A DNA stretch of 64,000 bases from Nitrososphaeraceae archaeon (lineage in GTDB: Archaea > Thermoproteota > Nitrososphaeria > Nitrososphaerales > Nitrososphaeraceae). Made by a program: the position numbers and the translations under genes. Every line of letters starts with the position of its first letter. Position 1 is the stretch's first letter. The stretch is taken from contig DATGZA010000063.1 of NCBI GenBank assembly GCA_035297365.1, positions 1-64,000 of the forward strand. The letters run 5' to 3'. The notes below the pieces were generated by a model. The model was not told the origin of the DNA and ran no database searches. It saw only the letters and a program-made list of their open reading frames with translations. Positions 41,791-52,345 of the stretch are shown piece after piece.

Positions 41791-42999
41791 TTACTCCTTT
41801 ATCACATTTGGCGATCCTTCATTAAGTATTTTTCTTTCTAGACGTTCATCCAGAAACAATTCTAAAACGTCACCCATCCTAAGTTCCTTTAATCCACGGG
41901 CGAGAGTTTCAGCCTCATGTTTGCTCGTTTCGAGACCCAATAACGATAAAAGGTAAGCTGCTCCGTTTTTACCTGCTAGCTCGCCAAAAACGATTTTTCT
42001 TCTATTTCCTACAAGTTTGGGTTCAATTATCTCATAAGCAGAAGGATTTCGAAGAATGGCTGCAAGATGTGTTCCTGCTTTATGCTTATATGCACTATCA
42101 CCTACGATCGGTGTAGATTCTGGAATGTCCAGACCTGTATATTGAGATATTGTTTTTGATAAATCTTTCAACATATGTAACCTAAAATTATTGCTAGATT
42201 TGTAAATGAGATTTAAAGCTATAGAAGTTTCAGCGAGAGAAGGTATTCCGGTTCTTTCTCCGAATCCATCTATTGTTGTGTGAATCTGATCTGCACCAGC
42301 TTCACATCCAGCCAATGCATTTGCTAGTGCCAATCCAACATCATTGTGACAATGAACATCAAGTGAGCTCTTGGAATTGTCAATATTATCATAAACCATT
42401 TTCACCAAATTATACATGCCATTTGGTCTCATAATTCCAACAGTATCAGGGATACTTATTCTTTCAACGCCCAGTCCATTAATTTCTTTGCACATTTCTA
42501 ATAGAAATGAGGGTTCAGTTCTACTCGCATCCTCCATTGTAAATCGAGATTTTAATCCATGGGATTTTATATATTCGACTACTTCTATTGCTCTCATTTT
42601 TGCTTCTTCTCTAGAAATTTTTAATTTAGCACTTAAATGTATATCAGAAATTCCCATATATGTCGCTACCCAAGTAGCGTTAGTTTTAATTGCTGTATCC
42701 ACATCAGATTTTATTGCCCTAACATGGGCAACAATATCTGCTTTTAATCCTTGTTTAATTATGATTTTGGTTGCTTCAAAATGATCTTGAGAAACAACGG
42801 GGCTGATCTCTATTTGATCAACTCCAAAAGAATCTAACATCCACGCAATTTGAATCCGCTGTTTGCTAGTAAAAGATACTCCAGGATGTTGTTCTCCTTC
42901 TCGTAGAGTCGAATCTAGAACCTTTATTTTTTTTTGTCCCTCACTTACTTTATTATAGTAGTGCGCATAATAGTTAGGATCATCCGATTTTAGTGTCAT
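41791..42999 (-). CDS. hcs: Homocitrate synthase (LeuA/DRE-TIM family)
   Basis: DSTLREGEQ, HCHND, GERTG and HKAGTH; directly upstream of lysW-lysX. Confidence 0.85.
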   Translation of the reverse strand: MTLKSDDPNYYAHYYNKVSEGQKKIKVLDSTLREGEQHPGVSFTSKQRIQIAWMLDSFGVDQIEISPVVSQDHFEATKIIIKQGLKADIVAHVRAIKSDVDTAIKTNATWVATYMGISDIHLSAKLKISREEAKMRAIEVVEYIKSHGLKSRFTMEDASRTEPSFLLEMCKEINGLGVERISIPDTVGIMRPNGMYNLVKMVYDNIDNSKSSLDVHCHNDVGLALANALAGCEAGADQIHTTIDGFGERTGIPSLAETSIALNLIYKSSNNFRLHMLKDLSKTISQYTGLDIPESTPIVGDSAYKHKAGTHLAAILRNPSAYEIIEPKLVGNRRKIVFGELAGKNGAAYLLSLLGLETSKHEAETLARGLKELRMGDVLELFLDERLERKILNEGSPNVIKE

Positions 43000-43114
43000 T
43001 GTAATGCATCTAAAACATCTTTCGTATATGATATAAATGTTTATGACGAAATTATTTAAAAAAAAGCGAAATCATTCTAAGTTGATGAGACTAAATTTCG
43101 GGATATAAATAAAA

Positions 43115-43540
43115 TTACTTCAGAGTTTTAAGGATAATCACTGTATTGGTATCAGAAACACCTACAATTTTTCTTACATCATCAATGTATGAATTTATTT
43201 CGGAAATAGTAGAAGCACTTATTATTGCTGCAATATCATATTGTCCAGTTATCTCGTATACTACTTTTACTCCTCCCAGATTCAACAACCTAGAGGTGAC
43301 GGTAGAAGTATCTGAAGTAGAAGCGACTGAAATTAGGGTTATTGCGCTTGTCTCTTCCTTTTGATTTACTTCAATAGTAAATTTTTTTATTATTTGATTT
43401 TCTATTAAATTTTTAACTCTTCTTCTTACTGCAGATTCTGAAAGTCCGACAGAAGTAGCTATTTCTACAAATGATTTACGTGAATCATTTTGTAGGATCC
43501 GAATAATTTGTTCATCAAAAGAATCAATATTATTTAACAT
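43115..43540 (-). CDS. lysM: Lrp/AsnC-family regulator LysM
   Basis: DSRKSFVEIA..VGLSESAVRRRV and YEITGQYD; inside the lys cluster. Confidence 0.88.
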   Translation of the reverse strand: MLNNIDSFDEQIIRILQNDSRKSFVEIATSVGLSESAVRRRVKNLIENQIIKKFTIEVNQKEETSAITLISVASTSDTSTVTSRLLNLGGVKVVYEITGQYDIAAIISASTISEINSYIDDVRKIVGVSDTNTVIILKTLK

Positions 43541-44711
43541 TTCTTCTAACCTCTTCTTTGCTCAATATATTATCCATGATTTCCAAGGTTTTTAATACCT
43601 TTACTTCATCTAACACTAAAGGAGGAAGTAACCGAATTATATTTCTGCCTGAATATAACATAAGAAGTCCTTCTTTTATTCCATCCATTAAGACATCTCT
43701 AACATCAAAGCGTAATTCTACTGCAAGCATCAATCCTAATCCTCTTACGTCTCGAATTATTTTATGTTTTTTTTGTAGTTCTAATAATCCATTTTTAAAT
43801 AAATTTCCTATGTGAAGAGCATTTTCTACGAGCTTATCTTCTACAATGGAATCAATTGTAGCTATTCCTGCAGAGCAGGCAAGTGGATTACCAGCGAAGG
43901 TTGATGAATGCTCACCGATTTTTATGGAATCAAGAATTTCAGGTTTACAAAGAGTCAAGCCCATAGGCAATCCACCAGCAATACCTTTGGCAAGACACAT
44001 AATATCAGGAGTAGTTTTCCAATTTTGTCCGGCCCACATTTCCCCTGTCCTACCCAATCCAGTTTGGATCTCATCAAAAATTAATACTAGATTATTACGG
44101 TCACAGATTTCTCTAATTTCTTGTAAAATTCCATCTTCCGGGACTATTATACCAGTTTCTCCCTGGATTGGTTCAACTATTACGGTTCCGATACTTTCAT
44201 CCAATACCTCCTCGATCACTGACGGAGTATGGGGTGGAACAAATTTTACTCCTTCAAGTAGGGGCTGGAATGATTTTCTATATTTCTCATTGAATGTTAC
44301 AGATAAAGCCCCGAAAGTTTTTCCATGATATCCACCATTCATAGAAATTATTCCACTTTTTCCAGTATACTTCCTCGAAAATTTAATTGCTGCTTCTACG
44401 GATTCTGCTCCACTATTACTAAAGAAAAACCTTGAAAGTTGTTTCGGAGAAATTTCTGATATTTTTTGCAGAAATTTTAATCGTGTATCATTATAAATCG
44501 ACATGTGACAAGTTATTAAATTCTCTACTTGCTCCTTAATTGCCTGTACCACCCTATCATTACAATGCCCAACCAAGGCGACTCCATATCCTCCCATACA
44601 ATCAATATATTCTCTGCCAGATGTATCCCAGACTGTCGCGCCTTTCCCCTTTGCTATATTGATAGGAAACCTCTGGTAGATGTTTCCTACATAAAGATCC
44701 TCGCCGTTCAT
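43530..44711 (-). CDS. lysJ: [LysW]-aminoadipate/glutamate semialdehyde transaminase
   Basis: SGAESVE, EPIQGE, DEIQTGLGRTG and LAKGIAGG. Confidence 0.93.
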   Translation of the reverse strand: MNGEDLYVGNIYQRFPINIAKGKGATVWDTSGREYIDCMGGYGVALVGHCNDRVVQAIKEQVENLITCHMSIYNDTRLKFLQKISEISPKQLSRFFFSNSGAESVEAAIKFSRKYTGKSGIISMNGGYHGKTFGALSVTFNEKYRKSFQPLLEGVKFVPPHTPSVIEEVLDESIGTVIVEPIQGETGIIVPEDGILQEIREICDRNNLVLIFDEIQTGLGRTGEMWAGQNWKTTPDIMCLAKGIAGGLPMGLTLCKPEILDSIKIGEHSSTFAGNPLACSAGIATIDSIVEDKLVENALHIGNLFKNGLLELQKKHKIIRDVRGLGLMLAVELRFDVRDVLMDGIKEGLLMLYSGRNIIRLLPPLVLDEVKVLKTLEIMDNILSKEEVRRNVK

Positions 44712-45508
44712 TTGCTAATCACCGTACAATTATCATGAGAAAGAGCTGCAGATATAGGATTTTCTACATTGCCCGATGCAATAATCGCTTCTTTTACACC
44801 CATTTCTATAGCTTCCGTACAAGCAAGAACTTTCTTTTCCATTCCATGACCAATTTTGGGCAGTGATGCCTTAGCCTCGGTATAATTCATATTTTTCACT
44901 AACTCATCCTCTAAAATTAAACCATTTACATTGGTAATAAAAATAACTTTATCTGCCCTCAGACTCCCCGCAATATATGCCGCAGCCCTATCACCATCTA
45001 CATTTAGAAATTCAGTTTCCTCACTCAAAGCGATCGGAGAAATGATAGGAACAAAACCATTTGACAATAATATCTTTATCAAAGCAGGATCTACATTTTT
45101 TATTTTTCCAGTATATCCTCCATCGATTGCCATCTTCCTTCCCTTTGCATTAAGAATAACCAATTTTTTCTTTCTTTCTGCTTTTATGGTTGCACCATCA
45201 ATTCCAGAAATACCTACTGCAAGGATATTACTATTCAATAACATTTGGACAATGGCTTTGTTTATTTTACCGGACATCACCATCGTATAAATCTCTACAG
45301 TCTCTTTGTCTGTATATCTACTCCTCACACCTCCTGGAGAGACTATAAACTTTTGTTCCTTACCTAATTTATTTCCAATATTTGTGACTTCTTTTCCCCC
45401 GCCATGTACGAGAACAATTTTTTCATTTTCCAGCAAAGTTTTGATGTCAGAAATAGTAGAAGGATGTAATCCATCTACTATACTTCCACCTATTTTGATA
45501 ACTATCAT
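44708..45508 (-). CDS. lysZ: [LysW]-aminoadipate/glutamate kinase
   Basis: VIKIGGS, VHGGG, SRYTD, NVDGD and GMEKK. Confidence 0.94.
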   Translation of the reverse strand: MIVIKIGGSIVDGLHPSTISDIKTLLENEKIVLVHGGGKEVTNIGNKLGKEQKFIVSPGGVRSRYTDKETVEIYTMVMSGKINKAIVQMLLNSNILAVGISGIDGATIKAERKKKLVILNAKGRKMAIDGGYTGKIKNVDPALIKILLSNGFVPIISPIALSEETEFLNVDGDRAAAYIAGSLRADKVIFITNVNGLILEDELVKNMNYTEAKASLPKIGHGMEKKVLACTEAIEMGVKEAIIASGNVENPISAALSHDNCTVISK

Positions 45509-46557
45509 ACTGGAGTCAGAGGAGTGTATCTGAGACCATCCATTTCATCAAATCCAAACATGACATTCATATTTTGGATTGCAGATCCTGCGGCACCTTT
45601 CATTAAATTATCAGAAGCGGACAGTGCAACAACACGTTGATTATCTTCATCTATATCAAATCCGATATCACAAAAGTTTGAACCTATCAAAAATTTCGGA
45701 TCGGGGAACTTGTAAAGTCCTTTTTTATCTTTTATGAGACGTATAAATGGTTCATGACTGTAGAACTCTCGATAAACTTTCCAAAGATCTAACTCACCAA
45801 TGGGCTTGTTGAGAAATGTATGATTTGTAGTTAGTATTCCTCTAACAAGATTTACCGCATGAGGACTCATACTAATCTTGATCTCTTTTTTTGCTAGGAG
45901 ACTTAATTCTTGTATTATTTCACCAGTATGCCTATGTTTTGCTGGTTTATATGGTCGAATTACTCCGTATCTCATGGCATGATGAGTACCTGCGTTAGCT
46001 TGAGCTCCTGCCCCAGAAGATCCAATTTTACTATCAACAACGATATGATTCGTGTCAATAAGATCATGTTCTATTAAGGGTTTAAGTGCTAGTAAAGAAG
46101 TGACTGCCATACATCCTGGACACGAAACCAATTTTGCGGTTTTTATCTCCTCGCGATGAAATTCTGGGACACCGTATATAGACTTGGAAAGAAGTTCTGG
46201 ATATGGATGCTCCCATCCATACCACTTTACATAATCTTTGGGATTTTTTAATCTAAAATCAGCAGAAAGGTCTATAATTTTAACATCGCCTTCGTAGAGA
46301 TCTTTCACTATTTGATTTGCACTTCCATGTGGAACTGATACAAAGACCAAATCACATGAGTCTAAAACTTTTTTAATATCCATTGGTGAAAAAGTGAGAT
46401 CAATGAATCCTTTAAGACTTGGATGAACTCTATGTACGTATTCCCCTGCTTGTTGTCGAGAAGTCACCATATTAAGCTCGACTTTTGGATGACTTACAAG
46501 TAGTCTAATTAACTCGCCACCAACATATCCTGATGCTCCTATGACTGCTACCTTCAT
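45505..46557 (-). CDS. lysY: [LysW]-aminoadipyl/glutamyl-phosphate reductase (ArgC-like)
   Basis: GASGYVG, DLSADFR, PGC, HRH and DNLMKGAAG. Confidence 0.94.
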   Translation of the reverse strand: MKVAVIGASGYVGGELIRLLVSHPKVELNMVTSRQQAGEYVHRVHPSLKGFIDLTFSPMDIKKVLDSCDLVFVSVPHGSANQIVKDLYEGDVKIIDLSADFRLKNPKDYVKWYGWEHPYPELLSKSIYGVPEFHREEIKTAKLVSCPGCMAVTSLLALKPLIEHDLIDTNHIVVDSKIGSSGAGAQANAGTHHAMRYGVIRPYKPAKHRHTGEIIQELSLLAKKEIKISMSPHAVNLVRGILTTNHTFLNKPIGELDLWKVYREFYSHEPFIRLIKDKKGLYKFPDPKFLIGSNFCDIGFDIDEDNQRVVALSASDNLMKGAAGSAIQNMNVMFGFDEMDGLRYTPLTPV

Positions 46558-46662
46558 TATGTTAAACTATAGATCAGAATATTGCTGTATCTTATGAATT
46601 TTATTATAAGTGTAAAAGAATAATCCTTATCATTATTAAAATTAGGTATCTTCTAGTAAGAA

Positions 46663-47517
46663 TTATTTCTTTGAAAACTGAAGAACATAATCAATCATGT
46701 GACCTGCAATATTAGATTGCGATACCTGAGAGGCCCCACGAAATTCGACATTGCTATTAATTTCATGAACTACAAACCCTCGAGTTTTATCTTCCATTAC
46801 ATCAACACCAAGTATTCCCCCGCCAACTGCTTTCGATGCATTTAGAACAATCTCCTCAAGCTCATTAGTTAAAGGAGCTAGGGCAGTATGACCTCCTCTG
46901 GCTACATTTGTTCTCCATTCATTCTCTGCAGAATAACGATATATTGCAGTTACGATTTGATCTCCTACTACAATACATCGAATATCGCGTGGCGGTCTCT
47001 TTATCATTTCTTGAACATAATATATTCTTGAAAATGGAGAATCGTTTTCTTCCCGTGTTTCTATCAACATATTTGCAATCTCTTCATTTCTTACCGGAAA
47101 AACACCACGTCCCCAAGATCCCACAATTGGCTTTAAGACAATTGGATAACCAAGTTTATCGATCAGAACTTTAAATGAATCTGAGTTAAAGCAAAGATAT
47201 GTTTTTGGACCAGCTACTTTTGATTTTGCTAAAATTAGGGATGTTCTTAATTTATTTCCGCATATTTCGCTTACTTCATACTTGTTTATTACCGGATATC
47301 CCAAGAACTCTAAACAAGAAGTGATATAAAGTCCTCTAAAATGACTGATACATCTTTGTAGAAAAATATCTCCAAAATATTGATTATCATTAAATTCAGT
47401 ACTTATTGAAACAGATTTTGCATCAAGTAATCTAGTATTAACTCCTTTCTTTACTGCATCATCGTAGAGAGCTTTTTCTTCAAATCGTAGTTTATCATAA
47501 ATAATAGATAGTTGCAT
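46663..47517 (-). CDS. argX: Glutamate--LysW ligase (second LysX paralogue)
   Basis: GSWGRG, WRTNVARGG and EINSNVEFRGA; downstream of argG-lysW. Confidence 0.82.
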   Translation of the reverse strand: MQLSIIYDKLRFEEKALYDDAVKKGVNTRLLDAKSVSISTEFNDNQYFGDIFLQRCISHFRGLYITSCLEFLGYPVINKYEVSEICGNKLRTSLILAKSKVAGPKTYLCFNSDSFKVLIDKLGYPIVLKPIVGSWGRGVFPVRNEEIANMLIETREENDSPFSRIYYVQEMIKRPPRDIRCIVVGDQIVTAIYRYSAENEWRTNVARGGHTALAPLTNELEEIVLNASKAVGGGILGVDVMEDKTRGFVVHEINSNVEFRGASQVSQSNIAGHMIDYVLQFSKK

Positions 47518-47529
47518 TTTTTTTCAAAT

Positions 47530-47703
47530 TTATTCTCCCCAGTCTTCTCCTACAGATTCTGCATTTTTTAATTCAATGTTACCATTTGACTTTGAAGATA
47601 TTTCAAAGTCACCTCCGCAATCAGGACATGAAACAATTTCGCCAACCACGGCATCGTCTGGAATATTTATTTCTCCTCCACAATCACTACATTCTTTCTT
47701 CAT
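47530..47703 (-). CDS. lysW: Amino-group carrier protein LysW (57 aa, canonical EDWGE); not in the ORF track
   Basis: MKKECSDCGGEINIPDDAVVGEIVSCPDCGGDFEISSKSNGNIELKNAESVGEDWGE*. Confidence 0.96.
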   Translation of the reverse strand: MKKECSDCGGEINIPDDAVVGEIVSCPDCGGDFEISSKSNGNIELKNAESVGEDWGE

Positions 47704-47704
47704 T

Positions 47705-48922
47705 CTATTGTTCTTCTCCTTTATTCTCTTTTTTATTTAAATTAATTGCTATAGAATTTGCAGTAACCGATTGTAATCCCCATAATTCAACAAAACCCTT
47801 CGCTAATGTTTGATCAAAAATAGAACCAGAAGAATAAGTTGCCAATTCGTTTTTGTACAAAGAGAATTCTGATCTTCTTCCTACAACCCTTATAGAACCG
47901 TTTTGCATTCTCATCTTTACTGTTCCTGTAACTCTGTTTTGCGTTGCATCTATAAACCTATCCAAATCGTTTACCAATGGATCTTGCCATAATCCTGAGT
48001 AGGTCATCCAACTCCATTGTTGGTCTACCAAATGTTTAAATCGTAATTCATAGGAAGTTAAAACCATTTTTTCAAGATCTTGATGTGATTCGATCAAGAC
48101 ACAAGCAGCTGGACATTCATAAATTTCTCTAGATTTGATACCTATTACTCTATCTTCCACATGGTCAATTATGCCTACCCCATAAGACCCTGCCTTAATA
48201 TTTACATAATTTATCAAATCTGCCAAATTCATTCTTTGTCCATCTACACAGACAGGAATTCCCGCTTCAAAATCAATTTCTAAATATCCTGCTTTCGGAT
48301 TATCAAACTTGACATATTTGAAACACTCATCTGGTGGTTCATTTAATAGATCCTCTAGATCGCCACCTTCAATAGATCTGCCCCATAAATTTTCGTCAAT
48401 GCTATATCTCTTTACCTCAGTATTTACAGGTATTTTATGTTCGTTGGCAAACTGTATTTCTTTATCTCTTGTCAGATTCAAATCACGTATCGGAGCAATA
48501 ATTTTTAGATCAGGATTTAAGCATCTAATAGTAATGTCGAATCTTATTTGATCATTACCTTTTCCGGTACATCCGTGTGCAATGTATTTTGCATTTTCCG
48601 TTGTTGCTATATCTACAGCTTTTTTAGCTATTAAGGGCCTTGCTAAGGCTGTAGCCAACGGATATTTATTTTCATACAATCCATTTGCTTTTATAGATGG
48701 AATGATGTAATTTTGGGTGAATTCTGAGGAAGCATCAATGTTATGATGTTTTATGGCGCCTACTAGTTTAGATCTATTTGCTATCTCCTCGAAATCATCA
48801 TTCTGTCCAATGTTTACGGTAACAGTAATTACATCTAGATCATGCAATAACTGTAAATACTTTATACATACTGAAGTATCAAGACCACCCGAATAGGCAA
48901 GTACGCATTTCTCTTTAACCAT
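47705..48922 (-). CDS. argG: Argininosuccinate synthase
   Basis: LAYSGGLDTS, HGCTGKGNDQIRF, DENLWGRSIE and GIKSREIYE. Confidence 0.97.
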   Translation of the reverse strand: MVKEKCVLAYSGGLDTSVCIKYLQLLHDLDVITVTVNIGQNDDFEEIANRSKLVGAIKHHNIDASSEFTQNYIIPSIKANGLYENKYPLATALARPLIAKKAVDIATTENAKYIAHGCTGKGNDQIRFDITIRCLNPDLKIIAPIRDLNLTRDKEIQFANEHKIPVNTEVKRYSIDENLWGRSIEGGDLEDLLNEPPDECFKYVKFDNPKAGYLEIDFEAGIPVCVDGQRMNLADLINYVNIKAGSYGVGIIDHVEDRVIGIKSREIYECPAACVLIESHQDLEKMVLTSYELRFKHLVDQQWSWMTYSGLWQDPLVNDLDRFIDATQNRVTGTVKMRMQNGSIRVVGRRSEFSLYKNELATYSSGSIFDQTLAKGFVELWGLQSVTANSIAINLNKKENKGEEQ

Positions 48923-48966
48923 AGTTAGGCGATGCCAATAATTACATTAAATTTAAACTTTTTGGT

Positions 48967-48999
48967 GATACTAGATTCAGATACTAGATTCAGATACTA
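48967..48999. repeat. 2.5 x 13-bp tandem repeat in a divergent promoter region
   Basis: gatactagattca gatactagattca gatacta. Confidence 0.9.
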
Positions 49000-49042
49000 A
49001 AGAATATGATGTACTGTTGGTAAAATTGAGTGAACATGCTAA

Positions 49043-49981
49043 ATGTTTTTGTATTCTATCAATAATCTTAGATTATTGTATAGAAGATATACAATTGATG
49101 AAATTAAACATAAAGTTATTGAAACTCTGAAAAAGAATGATGCAGGCATGTCTAGTGTCGAATTAGCTGATGCCATTCATGTAAATCGAATGACCATAAC
49201 GAAATATCTTAACATTTTGGCAGTAATAGGATTAATTAAAAGAAAGAAAATTGGTTCGGTAAATATTTGGACATTGGAACCGGGCGTGATGGAATTAGAA
49301 CTTCCTTTAAACTATTTGCAGATTCAACAAAATTTTATTACTGCATTATTAGGTAATAATAAGAATGAAACAGGTAAAATATTATTAAGTACTATTTATT
49401 CAGATAGGGATATTATTAGAATAATCAAAGAGATTTTTATTCCTTCTTTTAATACTTTGAATGAGATTTACAATCGAGGAAGATTAGGAGAAACAGAATT
49501 AATTTCGTTAAATAACCAGTTATTTGACTTGATGATTTTACTCTCACAGCATCATCATAGAGAAACAGCTAATTATGATGTATATAATATATTCATAGCA
49601 GGAAATGAAGATCAAACACATAATTCTAAAATTGCTTCAATAGCATCTGAAATAATAGGATTTCATACTATTTATGTAGGAAATATAGAAATGCATATAG
49701 ATCCTTTTTTTGATATAGACATTCAAAGATATATAACCAAATTATGGGATCGTAAAAAAGGATTAAAGAATATATTTATCTTTTCCTCAGAAGAAACTTC
49801 TCTTCGATTTCTATTTACAACTGCGAAATTTTTAAAAAATAAATTGACTGAAGAAATCAAGATAATCCTATTCGTTAAACGAGAAATTCTGTCGATTGCA
49901 AAAGACCTCAATCCCGATTATGTAACCTCGGATATCAACAGTCTAATTGCTTGGCAGGAAAATTTGAAAAAATATTTCTAG
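49043..49981 (+). CDS. HTH transcription regulator with a B12-binding-like (helical cap plus Rossmann) C-terminus
   Basis: MSSVELADAIHVNRMTITKYL HTH; FITALL...IIKEIFIP...YNRGRL cap-like region. Confidence 0.7.
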   Translation: MFLYSINNLRLLYRRYTIDEIKHKVIETLKKNDAGMSSVELADAIHVNRMTITKYLNILAVIGLIKRKKIGSVNIWTLEPGVMELELPLNYLQIQQNFITALLGNNKNETGKILLSTIYSDRDIIRIIKEIFIPSFNTLNEIYNRGRLGETELISLNNQLFDLMILLSQHHHRETANYDVYNIFIAGNEDQTHNSKIASIASEIIGFHTIYVGNIEMHIDPFFDIDIQRYITKLWDRKKGLKNIFIFSSEETSLRFLFTTAKFLKNKLTEEIKIILFVKREILSIAKDLNPDYVTSDINSLIAWQENLKKYF

Positions 49982-50043
49982 AATCAATAAATTTGGAAGT
50001 AAAGGATTAAATTATTTATGGGAATCGTTTAAACTATTGTTTG

Positions 50044-50901
50044 TCATAAATCGTATTTTTTTGAGATTTTTTTTATATAATTAAGGCCATATTTAAGATC
50101 TGCTGTATAGTTTTTAGGAGGGAGAATAATTTCAAAACTGATATTATTTTTGTAATTAATATTCTTTAATGATTTTATTATCACGTCAAAATCTATATGA
50201 CCTCGTCCTGGCATTAGTCTATTGTTATCAGATAAGTGAATATGTTTTAGAAATTTTTTACTGTCATTGATTGATTCAGAAAAATTTTTCTCCTCAATAT
50301 TCATATGATATGTATCTAATAACAGGAGTAAGTAGTCATGATTGATCTTTGAAGAAAGATCTATCGCATCTTTGGCTTGAACAAAATATGGTGTCGAATA
50401 TCTATTCAAGGGTTCTAATAAGAGATATACACCATATTCTTGGGAGAATTTTGATAGATCTGATAAAATTGACATTATTTGTTGCAAAGATTTCTTTTTT
50501 TGTCGGGGAGAAATATATGTATGATTGAAATCTTGTAATTCTGAATAATCAGATAACAAACAGATATTAAAAAAGTTTCCACCTAAAAAGTTACACATTT
50601 TAATACAATTTTGGATATATGTTATTGAATATGATAATTTATTATAATCATTTGTTAGAAGAATTGGAATATGTTCATTCTCAACATCTCTTTTTGTCCA
50701 CGCTCCCGTTACTCCGATTACTGATAAATTATAGGACTTTATATTATCCCGATATTGTTTCCACGAAAATTGATTTGGCGTTCCCTCAATTTCTATTCCA
50801 TCATAATTACATCTCACTAGATTTCCCAGAATTTTGTCTAGTGATTGAGTGTCATGGAATGAATTGAGTGTGATACAATAATTTATCAAATACAGCACCA
50901 T
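50044..50901 (-). CDS. Sugar phosphate isomerase/epimerase (xylose-isomerase-like TIM barrel)
   Basis: YDGIE, EPLNRY, DTYHMNIEE, HIHLSDNNR.PG.GHIDF and FE. Confidence 0.88.
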   Translation of the reverse strand: MVLYLINYCITLNSFHDTQSLDKILGNLVRCNYDGIEIEGTPNQFSWKQYRDNIKSYNLSVIGVTGAWTKRDVENEHIPILLTNDYNKLSYSITYIQNCIKMCNFLGGNFFNICLLSDYSELQDFNHTYISPRQKKKSLQQIMSILSDLSKFSQEYGVYLLLEPLNRYSTPYFVQAKDAIDLSSKINHDYLLLLLDTYHMNIEEKNFSESINDSKKFLKHIHLSDNNRLMPGRGHIDFDVIIKSLKNINYKNNISFEIILPPKNYTADLKYGLNYIKKISKKYDL

Positions 50902-50910
50902 ATAATGTGA

Positions 50911-52242
50911 TTAGATAGAACCAATCAAATATTTTCCAATATCTACCACGTTGATGGCATTTTCAGAATCCTTTTGAATACCAGATTTAATATTAGAAAC
51001 ATAAAGTGAATAACCCTCCGAAGTTTGGGGATTGAACGGTCGTCCATGTGAACCTTTAATTAAATTAGTTTCAAATGGAATAGATTTGGTTTGAGGATTA
51101 ATGAATAATTCGAGCGGATCATAACCTGGTTTTCTATGGATATCCACACGTTTAGCAAAATCTGGTGCATGTTCCTTGTCATACCACCAGTAGTAACTAA
51201 ACCATTTATTACGTTTTGAGACTGCTATAATATCTCCTGTACGTTCATGGTTAATATTAAAAAATTTTTTCTCTTCGTTAGTTATTATTATTTCTATATC
51301 TGGAATATTTTGAAGAATTTTTAATACGTTGCTGAATTCTTGACTAGATTTAATATAAATATTAGCAACTTGATGATCTACTACAGCAAATGCCTTACTG
51401 AATTCAAAATCTACGTATTCTTTTCCATTTATCTCTCTAACATTTAGCATAGATTTATCTCTAAGAACCAAATTGATAGGGATAGCATCAGTAACGTTAT
51501 TAAAAGAATATTCTGAAAAAATTACAAATTGAGTATTATCGTAGATTCCAGCGTTTTTTGTAGATTCGATAATCCTTTCAACAAGCATATCAGCGTTTAC
51601 TAGATCGTTATGAACTTCACTACTATCTTTTCCAAATCTTTGAGCTGAATAATCAACATGAGGAATATATGTAAACATGAGATTGGGTTTATATTTTTCG
51701 ATGGTATATTGAGTTGCATTACAAATCCATTCACTAGATAAGTGTGATGCGAATGGCCCCCAATATTTTGATAAATCGAAATTGCCAATTTTTTTCCCAA
51801 TCTCTTCATAATAACCAACAGGTTTTGAATAACACCACATGATCATCTCATTTTCTAAATGGATGGGTTTTGGAGTTATTATAACATCTGAGTTTGCATA
51901 TAGAGTATTCTGCCAAAAAAGTACTGCAGTATTTAAGTTAGGATCTCTTCTCTTTACAAGATCCCATACTCTAGGAGCTTGAACTAACGAAGAATATTGT
52001 TCCCAAAATGATACATTGTATGTATTACGATCCATAAAACCGTTGGATACGATTCCATGTCTGTTTGGATATTCACCAGTTAAGAAGCTAGTCTGTACAG
52101 AACAAGTAACTGCTGGAAATACCGGTTTTAGTTTGCAATATTCTCCAAGGCTTGCAAGATTATTTATTGTAGGAAGATGGTTCGAAGCAAGATGTTTTTC
52201 TTCTAATCCAACTATATCAATAACTATGATATGTCTTTTCAT
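50911..52242 (-). CDS. Alkaline phosphatase / type I phosphodiesterase family protein (EboF-like)
   Basis: IDIVGL, FPAVTCSVQ, HGIVSNG, DHQVA, DIHRKPGYDPLELF and KGSHG. Confidence 0.85.
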   Translation of the reverse strand: MKRHIIVIDIVGLEEKHLASNHLPTINNLASLGEYCKLKPVFPAVTCSVQTSFLTGEYPNRHGIVSNGFMDRNTYNVSFWEQYSSLVQAPRVWDLVKRRDPNLNTAVLFWQNTLYANSDVIITPKPIHLENEMIMWCYSKPVGYYEEIGKKIGNFDLSKYWGPFASHLSSEWICNATQYTIEKYKPNLMFTYIPHVDYSAQRFGKDSSEVHNDLVNADMLVERIIESTKNAGIYDNTQFVIFSEYSFNNVTDAIPINLVLRDKSMLNVREINGKEYVDFEFSKAFAVVDHQVANIYIKSSQEFSNVLKILQNIPDIEIIITNEEKKFFNINHERTGDIIAVSKRNKWFSYYWWYDKEHAPDFAKRVDIHRKPGYDPLELFINPQTKSIPFETNLIKGSHGRPFNPQTSEGYSLYVSNIKSGIQKDSENAINVVDIGKYLIGSI

Positions 52243-52345
52243 GAAATTGTAATAGTATTTGGGTATTACTAGATTTAAAGAATATGGTTTAAAAATAAAT
52301 TTTTTCTATAACATGTGTCCTTTATAAGATACTAAAAATAAAAAG

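Noticed and set aside
43000-43114. CGAAAT motifs 20 bp apart upstream of hcs as LysM boxes
   Set aside because: Plausible from context but too short to distinguish from chance
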